Source: Eledone cirrhosa
Taxonomy: Eukaryota
Direction: 5' to 3'
NCBI GenBank assembly: GCA_964016885.1
Contig: OZ024741.1
Span: forward strand, 90,706,001-90,770,000
Length of the DNA stretch: 64,000 nt
The position numbers and the translations under genes were made by a program. Positions 1-13,118 of the stretch are shown piece by piece (the first letter of the stretch is position 1; each line of letters opens with the position of its first letter). Below the pieces are notes generated by a model. It worked only from the letters and a program-made list of their open reading frames with translations. It was not told where the DNA came from and did no database searches.

Positions 1-560
1 ATGTCTGTGGACATTTCGACTATGTGGCGTATGATCATCGAGATGAAGTAGAAGAGTCTGTAGTTACTGGCAATGTTGTCTCCATAGAATGGCCGTATTG
101 GTGGTCCTGTGACTGAGTCACTATTTGTTTTGTGGTTTTTTCGAAGCCGATACAGCGTCGGTACGTCATTGTTCCAGACCTGGAAGTTGTTGGCTGTACG
201 CTTGTTAGGTTGCATTATGCTAGACTACATCATCATGTGAGCGTTGAGGTTTTTCTCTCTTTCTTCATGCCCGTGTTGTGTTGTTTCTCTTGTGTTGATG
301 GTGTGGGGTTTCATTGTCTGGATGGAGTTTGGCAGGCTATCTACTGACATCCTGCCAGGCATATCCGTTGGAAAGAATACAATTTCTCCATTTCGCGAGC
401 GTTGTATGAGCTTATGTAAACCATTTGCGGATGTTTCACCATTCTATTTTATTTCCTACGATGTTGTTCCAAATTCTGTCTATGTTTAGCCGTAGATATT
501 ATGAATTGAACCTTCGTTTGTTCATCAGCTTGTGATGAGAGACAGGTACGTTTGTTAAAC

Positions 561-646
561 AATTATTACAATTGTTTCGATATCGAACAGTTCATCAATC
601 AAGATGACGGGGCCAGACTCTTTTTCGACATCTCGTTAGATATGCG
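561..646 (-). ncRNA. Degenerate type I hammerhead with stem II insert (family F3, copy a)
   Basis: Minus strand: gcatat-CTAACGA-gatgtcga-aaaAGAGTC...TGAACTGT-tcgatatc-GAAA-caattg-TA. Stem II pairs over 8 bp; core has a G>A change; 3' side of stem I is decayed. Confidence 0.65.
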
Positions 647-695
647 ATTTTATATGTGCAAAGGCACATCTATGATATATATATATATATATATA

Positions 696-797
<102 letters not shown>

Positions 798-1469
798 CTG
801 TAAATGAACAGGTTGGCACTAAAGCCACGCAATCTTCATTCCGTTTCATTTTCACCAATTTTACATTCGTAGGTTTTTCTTTTTAATAGCAGTCTTATCT
901 GCCCCTTGCCTATTTGTTTGACTTGCATGCCTCCTCCCCCGTTTTAAACAAATCAACTGAAAGAGAAACAGATGGAATAAAGACAACATTCTCTATTTCT
1001 AAAGCAATATATTAATATGTTGTCGTGTTTGGTAGTTTCAATATTTAGAAAAGAAAATCGTAGTCATTCAATATGAATAGAAATGAACAAATAAAACACT
1101 CCCATTCATTAATGTTTGACTGCAAATAAATACTCAAAAAAAGCAAATCAGTCTTTTGAAATATCCTATAAAGAGGTCTGGCCCTTACTCATCCCACTCG
1201 TCCGGGTTCACCAAAATTTCTTATGAATTTATTATGACCCTATTATGTCATTTTCCTTCTCATCATGATTCGTCAATATATGTTATTTTAATGATGTCAA
1301 TGGGTAAGCATTTCTTTTACGTCTTCTATTCGTTATACAGGTGTTAACTTTAGACACCCACATCCCTACTTATTGATCTAATTACCTCCCTACCTAGGTA
1401 CCTACATCATCTATCTACTTACATAACTACTTCACCAAATCTCTCTCTTTCTCTCTCTCTGCCTCTCCG

Positions 1470-1562
<93 letters not shown>

Positions 1563-1815
1563 CATGCCACTGGCCATTAGAGCACTCAGGCTACTCGGGA
1601 TGGCCCCGAGTACCGCATGTGTCAGATCTATTTCAGATCAACAAGAAATGTCCAAGAATACAACAACCAACATTTATAATACTTGCTAATACTTTGTAAT
1701 ACCGAACAATTAAGAATAAATCGCGAATTCTTTTAATTCCCTACTATTCAAAGAATATAGTTGTGTTTTAACTTCATAACTTTATCATTTAGACTTAAAT
1801 AAACTTTGCTTTTCA

Positions 1816-2003
1816 TAATAATTGTTTCTACTTTAGGCACAAGGCCAGCAATTACCCAGTGCATTACTGGTACTTTATTTTATCGACCCCGTAAGGATGA
1901 AAGGCAAAGTCAACCTCGGCGGGATTTGAACTCAGATCGTAAAGGGACGTAACTATGCTGGAAAGCATGGTGTCCGACTCTCTACCGATACTGCCAATCC
2001 ACC
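1816..2003 (-). mobile_element. tRNA-derived SINE (octopus-like)
   Basis: Minus strand has A-box TGGCAGTATCGG and B-box GAGTTCAAATCC; nearly identical to 49911-50097; related copies throughout the window. Confidence 0.85.
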
Positions 2004-2076
2004 TAGCGAGTTAAGTTGGACTCTTGAAATTCATCCTGACTTACCGACATTCAAGGAATTTAATTTTGTTACAAAT

Positions 2077-2620
2077 TCTTCTTTTTCTTCTTCTTCTTCT
2101 TCTTCTTCTTCTTCTTCTTCTTCTTCTTCTTCTTCTTCTTCTTCTTCTTCTTCTTCTTCTTCTTCTTCTTCTTCTTCTTCTTCTTCTTCTTCTTCTTCCT
2201 GAGAGGGTTGTGGGAGCAGAATCCTCAAAAACTCCTTCCAGCAGGTCCTTCAGAAGCAACCGTCTCCAACTGATCCGGCTAGATCCCCAGTGAGACCAGT
2301 CATGGTCATGGATGTTGTCCAATCATCTTGCTCGGGGTCTACCCCTGGATCTCTTGCCGATTGCCCGTAAAATCTGTCCACCGATTCTTTCTAGCCACAT
2401 ACCCATAGTATCGGAGCTGTGATCACTAAATTCGGAGAAGTAGCGGCTCTACCTGGAGTTACTCTCTGATCACCGAGTAACGTTACTGATCTATCGAGTA
2501 ACTTTACTCCAAAGACCCATCGGAGGAACCCCATTTAGGGCCGTTTCTATTCGCGATCGTATTTTTTCGGTCATTACCCAAGATTCATGACCAGATGTGA
2601 AGGTTGGCACGAATACCGAA
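2077..2620 (-). mobile_element. RTE-type LINE 3' fragment with expanded (GAA)n tail
   Basis: Reverse complement matches the 3' part of the RT-bearing fragment at 52780-53820 and 45145-45410; (CTT)n at 2077-2198 is the tail. Confidence 0.75.
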
Positions 2621-3867
2621 TTGTCACAACTTCATAACAAAATATTTTATTAAATAAATACTGTTTATATGAAGAAAAAAATATGAACTATGCCAGGCTG
2701 ATATACATCGGCTCATTTGCCATGCTTTGTCATCGCTAGCAGAAATAAATTGTGACAAACGAATAAAATTGTTGCTGCACGTACCCGTCTCTATGTATAT
2801 GCATGCAATATTTATATGAGTATGTGTACTCTTTTGATATGTGTGTGGGTCCCATATATGAAGAAATTCTTTAAAACCGCCAATGGGTACTTACGAATCT
2901 TAATTTACATATTAATGATATTTATATTGCCGATAAATATATGTTTATGTATTTTAACTTTGCTTTCAATTTTTACGTTCGCTTTTTTATGGAACAGAAT
3001 TAAGAATTTGCGATGATTTTAATATAGACATGCATCGCCCTTTCTTTCTGTCCTCATCGCACTAAATAATTATAGTTATAACACATCGAATTTTGCTTGT
3101 TAAATGTTAAACTATTAGTGACATACCAACAGTTTAGTTTCCTTCACTTAATTTTGTTCCCCCTCAATGTTCTTAATAATGCATATATTGCATATTCTTT
3201 GTTGAAATGACATTACGTTCCAACAGAAAATCTATATCATTATGCTTTATCATCATGAAATTTGAAAGCATGAGAACATTTATGTTTAGTTAAAACATTT
3301 ACAAGTTTATCAGCATAATCGTGATCTACACCGCCGGAAATGCGTCTCTGGAAAATATCATAAAATATAAAGTATTATAAAGTATGAGGAAATAAATTCG
3401 GGTTTTGGTAGCAAACTCTGTAATTATGCACAATAGATCCTGTAAGATAGCCAGCATATACAAAATATTGAATCAATTGTTGAAAATCATTTTCAGAAAT
3501 TTCTTTCTGTTTCAGTTAAATGCGAGACAAACCGTTTAAGAAATGAGTCGGTTGAGTTTCCAACGCCCAAAATTCAGTATGGCCGATTTATTAAAAATAA
3601 ATTCCGATAAATGGAAATAATCATGTCATTCTTGATACTATGATCATCTGTCGAGTAATGAGCCTCTGAACAGAAATTTTTGGGGACGTATTGCTCACCC
3701 GTATCCCACATTGGAAAGTCTAGAAATGGTGACCTGATCAAAGCCTGTTCTGTCATCAAACTAGCTAGCAACTTACAGTTGACGGTGGTCCATAACAGCA
3801 GGGTATTCGTTTAAGAAATAGCCGTCTTCTGTAAGGAAGTGGCAATTATCGTATATATATATATATA

Positions 3868-4695
3868 TAAAATACAATATGTTGAAAAGGTAACACACCA
3901 GAGAGAGATATATAGTGCGTTATCAATAATACAGGGAAAAAACCACCAGTGTATGGTATCTATAACCTATGAAAGGCAGACTATAGACACGATAATTAAA
4001 AATATAAAATAAAGCGTAAATAAATACCTCTATAACTATATAACACACGTACACATCCAAAGATACTAATCCAAAGATATGTTTCACCAGTAATTTGTTG
4101 AAAGAAATGGGTTATCCTCGGTTCATCAGCGTGTATAAGGCTATAGATTTCAGACAACACTAAGAGAATTTTAAAAGTGACTGTCCAGCTACACGAGGGA
4201 GAGAGAAGTCACAGCGTGTTTAAGGGCAGTGAACCAGTGGCCTCTGAGGGACGAACTGCTAGAAAGTGCAGCCCAAAGCCACTCAGAGAAGTGTGCTCAA
4301 CCAAACAGAGATAGGAAAGACTGTTATTAGGAGCGAAATATCGCGATAAATTAACGGAGGCATAGGCTTTCGCTATTCCCTGTAAATAATGTGCTCAAAG
4401 GAGAAGAAATCCTGAGCTCTTTAAAATACAATATGTTGAAAAGGTAACACACCAGAGAGAGATATACAGTGCGCTATAAATAAAACAGGGAAAAAACCCC
4501 ACCAGTGTATGGAATCTATGACCTATGAAAGGCAGACTATAGACACGATAATTTGTTTTATTGATAGCGCACTGTATATCTCTCTCTGGTGTGTTACTTT
4601 TTCAACATATTGTATTTTAAAGAGCTCAGGATTTCTTCTCCTTTGAGCACATTATTTACAGGGAATAGCGAGGGCCTATGCCTCCGTTAATTTAT

Positions 4696-4701
<6 letters not shown>
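3868..4701 (-). mobile_element. Non-coding PLE-related / retrozyme-like element (partial tandem plus inversion)
   Basis: Direct repeat 3868-3997 / 4422-4553; 4556-4701 is an inverted copy of about 4338-4484; flanked by (TA)n; HHR-like CTGATGA-acc...ggt-GAAA at about 4075-4131 on minus; homolog at 58243-58701. Confidence 0.7.
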
Positions 4702-4757
<56 letters not shown>

Positions 4758-4821
4758 CCTTAAACAATCAGATTAATACCTGCTACATTGCGGCTAAAAC
4801 TTCGATACATATCTAATATAC

Positions 4822-4908
<87 letters not shown>

Positions 4909-4939
4909 CATGTATATGTGAATACGAAATTAATGGGAC

Positions 4940-5130
4940 TTTTTCTACTTGCACAGTTTGTGTCAAAATCTGCCCGTCGGAAGCTGGACTTCAATTTCAC
5001 ATGAGAGCACACAATAGGACATTTCCAACTGACCTCAGAACATACCAATCAGTTCACACTTATCAATGCCACATACGTCACAAAATATGCATATCTAAAA
5101 GAGGTCTGAAGAGACATTCTAAGGTTCATC
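4940..5130 (+). pseudogene. Two C2H2-like zinc-finger remnants, probably a LINE ORF2 C-terminus
   Basis: CTVCVKICPSEAGLQFHMRAH and degenerate CHIRHKICISKRGLKRHSKVH in ORF 4788-5462; isolated between microsatellites; no TGEKP linker. Confidence 0.45.
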
Positions 5131-5240
5131 AAGACCAGACAACTCAGGAAGTTGAAGCTACTCCGAAACTAAGATGCAATTCATATATATATATTATGAA
5201 ATACTGTTGGCTTCACGCTCACAATAATTTCTATACTTTC

Positions 5241-5330
<90 letters not shown>

Positions 5331-5354
5331 TATACATATATATATATATATATA

Positions 5355-5739
5355 ATGAAAAATTTGAACAGGGACAGAACAGAGAGGCAGTACAATAAAT
5401 GTTTATTAAATTCACGCTCAGGAGAGTGGGGGGTAGGTGGGGGACGACGTTTCGGGCATTAGCCCTTCCTCGGGTGAGAAGTGTGTGGGAACAGAGTTCA
5501 AAAGGTGTGTAGGGGAGTGGTGGAGAGACATATAGCGAAAGGAAACGGTGCGAATGAAAAATAACAAATAAAGACAAAAAATATAAAAAATAAAAATAAA
5601 GCATGATCAAAATACAAGGAATGAGAAAATTTAAAAATAAAGGCATGATCAAAATAAACTGAAATTAAAAGGGGGGTAAACAGGTGGTGGAAGGGTGTGG
5701 GGTGAGTAGAGGTGGTGGCGGGTGGAGTGGGGAGAGGGA

Positions 5740-5742
<3 letters not shown>
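5355..5742 (-). mobile_element. Neptune-like PLE 3' end (pseudo-LTR), solo copy
   Basis: Reverse complement aligns with 14134-14461; HHR-like CCGAGGA-A-gggc-taat-gccc-GAAACGTC at 5444-5475; flanked by (TA)n. Confidence 0.8.
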
Positions 5743-5779
<37 letters not shown>

Positions 5780-5909
5780 CAAAGGGATATTTAATTTGTT
5801 GGTAATTCAACAAATATATATATTTATAACTGATTCGAAGCACTCGACAAGTTTTCTGGAGTATAATATCAATGATATTAATAAATGAAACTATATTTAT
5901 AAAACCATA

Positions 5910-5973
5910 TTTATTCTATTATATATATTTCAAGGGTACCAAAACTTTGGTACGCTCTCATCAGATAATAAAA
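5910..5973 (-). ncRNA. Type I minimal hammerhead ribozyme
   Basis: ttttattat-CTGATGA-gag(c)gtaccaa-agtt-ttggtac(c)ctt-GAAA-tatataTA-atagaataaa; palindromic stem III. Confidence 0.8.
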
Positions 5974-6624
5974 TACAAAGTTTGTTTTATAAATATTGAC
6001 ATATCCAGGAGCGAGATCTTAACGGTTCAAGTTTTACCTGGAGAAGAAAAATCAAATATTTCAAATTATTAAGATGAATATGCAAATGAGGTTGAGGTAT
6101 AGGTTATTTTTAGACGCTAGGTAGATTTAAATAATTATTAGGATATATATATGTATGTGTAGGAAGAGGAAAGAGAAATAAAGAAAAGCTTGTATTTACG
6201 TGAATTTAAAAAGATTGAAATGTTAAGAATTAACAGTTTGTTGGAGTAGTGGAATATGATTCCAGAATAAAAAGAAATATTTAGCTAAATTATGAGTTAT
6301 AATAATATATATATATAATCAATTAGATTATATGAAGAATTATGGTTGTAAGTACATTTTATCTTATTATATTGCAACAGGTTGTAAGTATATAAATATC
6401 TATATAGATTAATAAGTGTATAAATATAAGTATTATTGTGATTATATAGATATAAAAACACACGTATTAATTGTTTACATTTCTAATATGAGTTACGTAG
6501 GATGTTGATTTTACATTTTACATATATATTTAAGAAAAATACGTAGTTCAAATTATGAGAAGAACAATTTGTAGATTCAAATATTTTCATCCAGCATTGA
6601 AAATATTTTCAGAACATTATTAAT

Positions 6625-6763
6625 TTATGGCCCTTTATGATCTGAGTTCAAATCCCGCTGAGGTTAACTTTGCCTTTCATCCTTACGGGGGTCGATAAAA
6701 TAAAGTACCAGTAATGTACTGGGATAATTGCTGGCCTTGTGCCAAAAGTAGAAACAATTATTA
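6625..6763 (+). mobile_element. SINE (5'-truncated)
   Basis: gagttcaaatcccgctgaggttaactttgcctttcatccttacgggggtcgataaaataaagtaccag; same family as 1816-2003. Confidence 0.8.
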
Positions 6764-7279
6764 ATTTAGCGAAATTACATAATTTATCATACAAGTTATT
6801 ATGTCTATGTTTGCTCAATTGTAAAGGAAAAGATAACTCTAATATTATTTGTTAAACTATTAGATTTGATGAATAATTTTCTTAGAAAATTCGGAAAGTA
6901 TGTAGAGAAAATTATATATTATTTTGTGTGAGATTATAATGTATTTTATATTACATGTTTTTCAAGGATGAGAATTTCAGTTATATATTATCTACGTCGA
7001 AAGATGTGTGAAACGTTTGAATATTAAAGAGAGGAAAAATGAATTGTTAGATAAGTCGAGAGTGCATTTAGAAGAACTATCGTAAAGAGGATAACTTTCG
7101 GAATGTCAATTAAAAAATATATATAAATCTAAAAAATAGATTACGAGGAGTAACATTAGGAAAAGAATATCAATTGGTAAAAATACTAAATTTAAAAAGA
7201 AAGATCATTTAAAAAATTTTTAATAAAAAAAAAACTCAGTAAATAACAGGATCATTTTAAAGGTGTATAAGATGTAGTC

Positions 7280-8110
7280 AAGTGTAATGAATATTATAGA
7301 TTAAAATACTTCGGAAACTGGATTTTTGGCGATGTCTGCAAGAATTAAATATTTGGCTTTTTAAATTAATAGAATTTTGGCAGTTAATTATATAAAAAAT
7401 TTCCTTGATACACAAATGACAGATTCTTGAGAAAGCCATATTTCGGTATGCAGGTGCTTTCGAAATCGTTCCCCAAGATATTGAATAGTCTATATTATTG
7501 TCCTTTAAATTCCAAATTAGATGTGAAAGTGAAGTGGACCTATTAAATGTATGTTTGTGGTTGTACCAGCCTTCTTTGAATTATGTAGAAGTGGCACCTA
7601 TATAGTTAAATATTTTGTCTCGAGTTTTTACTGTGCATTTATAAATTAAGTTTTTGTCTAAGCAATTGTTTTGTAAAGGGCAGTTTGATTCAATTCTACA
7701 GTTACATTTTCGGGAGTTGTTATTACTAGGAACGGTACTATTAGTATGAATATTGTTATTAGAAATATTATTATTGCTAGCTTGGTTTGTTTGGTTAGGG
7801 TTTAAATTTGAGTTTCTATTATTAATTCTATTTATATTTTGTGCTATGTTCATAGTAGTAGAGTAAGATAGTTTTATAGTGTGTCTGTTAAAAATAGAGT
7901 GGTATCTGTGGGCTTTAGGAAAACACTTATCCAGTGCTTTGAAAAATAATTTTGCTACAGGTGTTTTAACGCCTAATGAGAATGGAGGAGAGTACCAAAT
8001 AATATTTCTAGCCCTAGTTTTTTTCTTAGGTTTACTATTTATGTTGAATTGCTTATTGTTATTATAATGAATTTTAGGATGATTTATCATATTATTGTTG
8101 TCTAAGTATT
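7280..8110 (-). pseudogene. PLE linker, zinc motif and GIY-YIG endonuclease remnant
   Basis: RNIIWYSPPFS...IFNRHTIKLSYSTT...CNCRIESNCPLQNNC...LIYKC...YIGAT; continues past the stop at 7581-7583 as FKEGWYNH...ICHLC; collinear with the C-termini of the ORFs at 15189 and 34495. Confidence 0.88.
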
Positions 8111-8208
8111 TAATTTTATTCGAGTATAATAGAATAAATATCGTTTTATAAATATAGTTTCCATTTATTAATATCATTGATATATATATATATATATATG
8201 TGTGTGTG

Positions 8209-8272
<64 letters not shown>

Positions 8273-8282
8273 GCGCGCGCGT

Positions 8283-8638
8283 GTATATAGTTGTTGTATG
8301 GCTGCAATAAATGCATCCCTAAGCGGTATGCCATTTGAGCACTCAATAATCGCGCAGAGCAGAGTATATTATTATAGATAACGAGGAATCAGCGATGCAT
8401 CAAAACAGTTTAATTACATATTACATATGTTTCTCCAACGATCAGCTCAAGGCAGGATCTATTACAGATCGAACCTGACTCTGCATTCGGATGAAATGCT
8501 TTGAAAACCCTAAACATATCTGAGGACCTTGCGAATGCAGAGTCAGGTTCGAGCTGATCGTCGGAGAAACATATGTAATATGTCATTAAACTGTGTTTTG
8601 ATGCATCACTCATTCCTCGTTATCTATAATTATATATA
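8283..8638. mobile_element. Fold-back PLE-terminus element F1
   Basis: Arms at about 8365-8488 and 8532-8638 are inverted copies with one indel; contains the HHR at 8514-8583. Confidence 0.75.
8514..8583 (+). ncRNA. Type I hammerhead with stem II insert (F1)
   Basis: acatat-CTGAGGA-ccttgcga-atgcAGAGTCaggttc[deleted relative to the other arm]GAGCTGA-tcgtcgga-GAAA-catatg-TA-atatgt; stem II is imperfect. Confidence 0.75.
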
Positions 8639-8643
8639 CACAG

Positions 8644-9168
<525 letters not shown>

Positions 9169-9171
9169 ATA

Positions 9172-9230
<59 letters not shown>

Positions 9231-9235
<5 letters not shown>

Positions 9236-10187
9236 TATGAAACGAAAGGAGCTGTGTGGTTACTAAAAACAAGGTTTAGGGTGGTGGTTAGGATGGAACA
9301 GGAGGAGAAAGGAAGAAAGGAGTTTCCATCGTCAGCTGTAAATGTTTCCCGAACTGATGTTTCGGCGCTGAATTACAGGAGATCAGTGTAGTTTGGGTGC
9401 GCCCGAGGCCTTTTATTAATCAAAAGGCCAGGTGGAAAAGGAGAGAGAAAGAGAGGAAAAAAGGAGATAGAAAAGGAAAGAGAGGGAAATGAGGAAGAAC
9501 AGGGGGAAAAAGATGAGGAGAGTGGAAGAAGGGGGAAAACAGGAAAAGAATAGAAGAAAAAAGTGTAGAGGTCCCAACGTGGGAAGACACAGGTGAAAGA
9601 AACATGCAAAAAAGTAACCGTGGAAAAATAGGGAAAGTAAGTTGTGGCCAACCTGGGAGACTTTAGCCTGGTGGTCAGCTACGACTCTGAGCTGGTATAA
9701 TCGTGCTGCCTCTCACATAGACAGGAGAAAGTAAGAGAGAGACACGGGCAACCAAAAGTGAGGAGGAGAAGGGAAAGGGAGATAATCTAGAAGGGTTTTT
9801 TTACGACTGTGGTAAAAACGTGCCGCAAAGATTGCGGACAGAGAGGCCACCACGGCACGTGTAAACATGTCAACAATCAAAACCGAACGGATGGATAGAG
9901 TGAGAAAAAAACGAGAGTGAGGCGAAGAAGAGAAGAGAGAAGGGAGGGAACACAGATCGACCAAAGCAGGTAGGGTCACAGCGGTAAATACAAAAAGTTA
10001 TGAAACGAAAGGAGCTGTGTGGTTACTAAAAACAAGGTTTAGGATGGTGGTTAGGACGGAACAGGAGGAGAAAGGAAGAAAGGAGTTTCCATCGTCAGCT
10101 GTAAATGTTTCCCGAACCGATGTTTCGGCGCTGAATTACAGGACATTGGTTTAGTTCGGGTGCACCGGAGGCCTTTTATTAATCAAA
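9231..10187. mobile_element. Non-coding element with about 194-bp terminal direct repeats, inserted in (TA)n
   Basis: 9231-9424 is repeated at 9994-10187 (period 763); purine-rich interior; (TA)n on both sides; no TG...CA termini. Confidence 0.7.
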
Positions 10188-10225
10188 TATATATATATAT
10201 TCATTTTATTAAGGCTAAATAGTGA

Positions 10226-10277
10226 ATCTTGTTACTCTGCAGTTTCGCCTGTTTATCAGAGGGTCATCAGAAAAGAA
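10226..10277 (-). ncRNA. Degenerate hammerhead
   Basis: tctttt-CTGATGA-ccct...aggc-GAAA-ctgcag...; first stem II pair and cleavage region are imperfect. Confidence 0.45.
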
Positions 10278-10299
10278 CTATGTTAATTAGGTATGTAAC

Positions 10300-10630
10300 A
10301 ACAGTTACATGCCGCGTGGAGTTCGAAGCACTCAATACTGTTACGAGGTCTGTCTCGTGTTGGGTTGTATTCCAGAGTTAAGGCGGCTATAGTGTGCAGA
10401 GTATATATATAGATTAAATAGAATAGAATTCAGTGTTGCAACATATGTTACAAGCTATATTGGTATATTACAATTATTTCGATATTTCTCAGCTTAGAGT
10501 GCAATCGTCGACTCTTCTTCGACTTCTCGTCAGATATGCGTATCTATATGTGCAAAGACATGTAATTGCACCCTGAGCTGATCGAGATCGAAAGAATTTT
10601 AATATGCCAGTAGTGTTTGTACATATGCTA
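10300..10630 (-). mobile_element. Fold-back element F3 copy b with HHR at 10462-10539
   Basis: gcatat-CTGACGA-gaagtcga-agaAGAGTC...TAAGCTGA-gaaatatc-GAAA-taattg-TA-atatac; partial inverted arm at about 10565-10630. Confidence 0.72.
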
Positions 10631-10713
10631 ACTTCGATTCCATTTACTCTCTTTATCTCTCTCTCTCTCTATATATATATATATGTATATATATATATAC
10701 ATATACATATATT

Positions 10714-10794
<81 letters not shown>

Positions 10795-11460
10795 GTACTT
10801 TATTCCGGGTTGATTCGGAGGTAACCACAGTAAGTAAGGTACTCAATACATTGCAGAGTATAAAAGTTTTAATATAGATGAGATTCTACAGGACTAGAAC
10901 TGTTTCATTCTTTAGAAATCATCAGGAATCTGGGTATCAAAAGTTAAGTATGGTATTTATAGGTCTCTTCAAGTGGTAGGAGAGGGTGGGGAGTGGGATG
11001 GGTGTAGGTCATTGGCTGATAGAAAAGGGAATTCATTAAAAGCTAATTCTTCAAAGCTATAGTTTATTTTTAGAGTAACAAAGGCAGAAAGAATTCTATA
11101 AACAAGTTCAGGATGGGGTGCCACTCATTATTTTTAAGTTTCTCTTAAGCTAACAGGTGACTATAAGATCAGTGGGGGTCAGTCATGGTTGATGGATTTA
11201 ATGGAAAGGGAGATTCTTTAAAAGCTAAATTCTTTAAGGTTCTACTAAGTGACAAAGGCCTAGAGAATTCTGTAGACAAATTCAAAATATTGAGTGCATA
11301 TCAGATTATCTTCAAATTTCTCATAAACTATTCAACTATATGCCAAAAATCAACAGACACATTCACAAACACACTCACTCACACACTCGCGCGCACCCAC
11401 AAACACCCACACATATATATATACACATATATACATATATGTATATACATATATATATAT
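10795..11460 (-). mobile_element. PLE pseudo-LTR (3' copy with about 70-nt tail)
   Basis: 10864-11460 is the reverse complement of about 18500-19103; carries an HHR; probably the 3' end of the PLE at 15189-17339 (inference). Confidence 0.75.
10881..10931 (-). ncRNA. Type I hammerhead ribozyme
   Basis: agattc-CTGATGA-tttctaaagaat-GAAA-cag-ttctagtc-ctg-TA-gaatct. Confidence 0.8.
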
Positions 11461-11498
11461 ACACATACATATACACACATATATACATATATATATAT

Positions 11499-11529
<31 letters not shown>

Positions 11530-11594
11530 CACATACATATACATACATATATAAATATATATACACATATATACATACATACACACACACACAT

Positions 11595-11688
<94 letters not shown>

Positions 11689-11783
11689 GAAGTTAATATT
11701 TCTGCTTATTTCAATATATATATATATATACACACAAATATACACACACATACGTACACACATACACACATACATATACATAA

Positions 11784-11825
<42 letters not shown>

Positions 11826-11919
11826 TATATATATATATACACACATACATGTGCACACATACATATATACACATACATATATATACACACATATACACAC
11901 ATATATACACACACATAAG

Positions 11920-13118
11920 AGTGGGCCCAAACTACGCCAACCTTTTTGTTGGCCATGTTGAGGCCCAAATCTTTGCCCAGTACACCGGCCCCACGCCCGA
12001 ACTGTACGGTTGTTACATCGACGACTGTATCGGAGCCACGACCCTCACCCGAGAACAGCTCGACTCCTTTCTCTCCTTCTTCTGCTCCTTCCACCCCTCC
12101 CTCCACTTCACCACCTCTATCTCCACCACCCACGTCCACTTCTTAGACATCTCCGTCGCCTTCGATCCCTCCCACCACTCCCTCGTCACCTCCGCCTTCT
12201 TCAAACCCACCGACTCCCACTCCTACCTCGACTTCACCTCTTCCCACCCCACACACACTAAACACTCTATTCCCTACTCCCAACTCCTCAGGATCCGCCG
12301 CCTCTGTAGCCGAGATGCTGACTTTGAGTCCCAGGCCCTTTCCCTAGTCAGCCATTTCATCCGCAGAGGTTCCCCCCCCCCTCTCGCGTCCACACCGCTC
12401 TCACCCGCGCCCGTGCTGTCCAACGTTCCACCACCCTCACCCCACGCCACCGCACACCCACCCACCGTCTCGCCTTCCCCATCACCTACCACCCCTCCAC
12501 CATACCCCTCCACCGCACCATCCACCGCCTCTTCCGACGCCTCCGGTCCGACCCCTCCACCTCCCACATCTTCCCAGCCCCACCACTCCCCTCCTTCAAA
12601 CGCGAACGCAATCTCCGCACCCTCCTCGTCCACAGTTCTCTACCCCCCAACCCACGCTCTCCCTCCCCGGTTCCTTTCCCTGTTCCAGGCCCCGCTGCAA
12701 CACCTGTCCCCACATCACCAACACCACCACCTTCCAGGGTCCCAACGGCCACTCTGTCTCTGTTCGGCATGCCTTCCGCTGCACCTCCTCCAACCTAGAC
12801 TACGGACTTCGCTGCACGGAGTGCAGCGTGACTTACGTCGGACAGACTGGACGTCGCCTGGCGGACAGATTTACTGAACACCTCCGGGATATTCGTCTCG
12901 GTGGTAGTTCCCCCATCGCCCGCCACTTTGGTGCCCCTGGACATTCCGCACACCACCTCACAGTCTGTGGCCTACTCCAATGCCACGGAACACCCGCCAC
13001 TCTCCTCAGGGTCGAACAACGAACCATCTTCACCCTGCAGACCCAGACTCCCCCCACAACTAACAATACTAACTCCTCCACCCCACACCCGACCACCCTT
13101 CCCCAACTAACATACTAA
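11920..13118 (+). pseudogene. Neptune-like RT C-half, zinc knuckle and GIY-YIG, frameshifted
   Basis: [45 protein letters not shown]; frameshift at the poly-C near 12372-12381; then CSRPRCNTC, CTSSN, YVGQTGRRLADRFTEH. Confidence 0.9.

Larger units (their letters stand above)
5777..8183 (-). mobile_element. 5'-truncated Penelope-like element (GIY-YIG half, long 3' UTR, HHR, 5' inversion)
   Basis: GIY-YIG remnant at about 7280-8110; HHR at 5910-5973; 8125-8183 is an inverted copy of 5866-5923; a SINE is inserted at 6625-6763. Confidence 0.8.

Noticed and set aside
1-540. Possible LINE RT fragment on minus (NIASNYR-like) and CTGATGA near 522-528
   Set aside because: Too decayed to support; no foldable hammerhead.
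3515-3610. Candidate terminal exon after tttctgtttcag
   Set aside because: Only a splice-like acceptor and 30 codons; no independent support.
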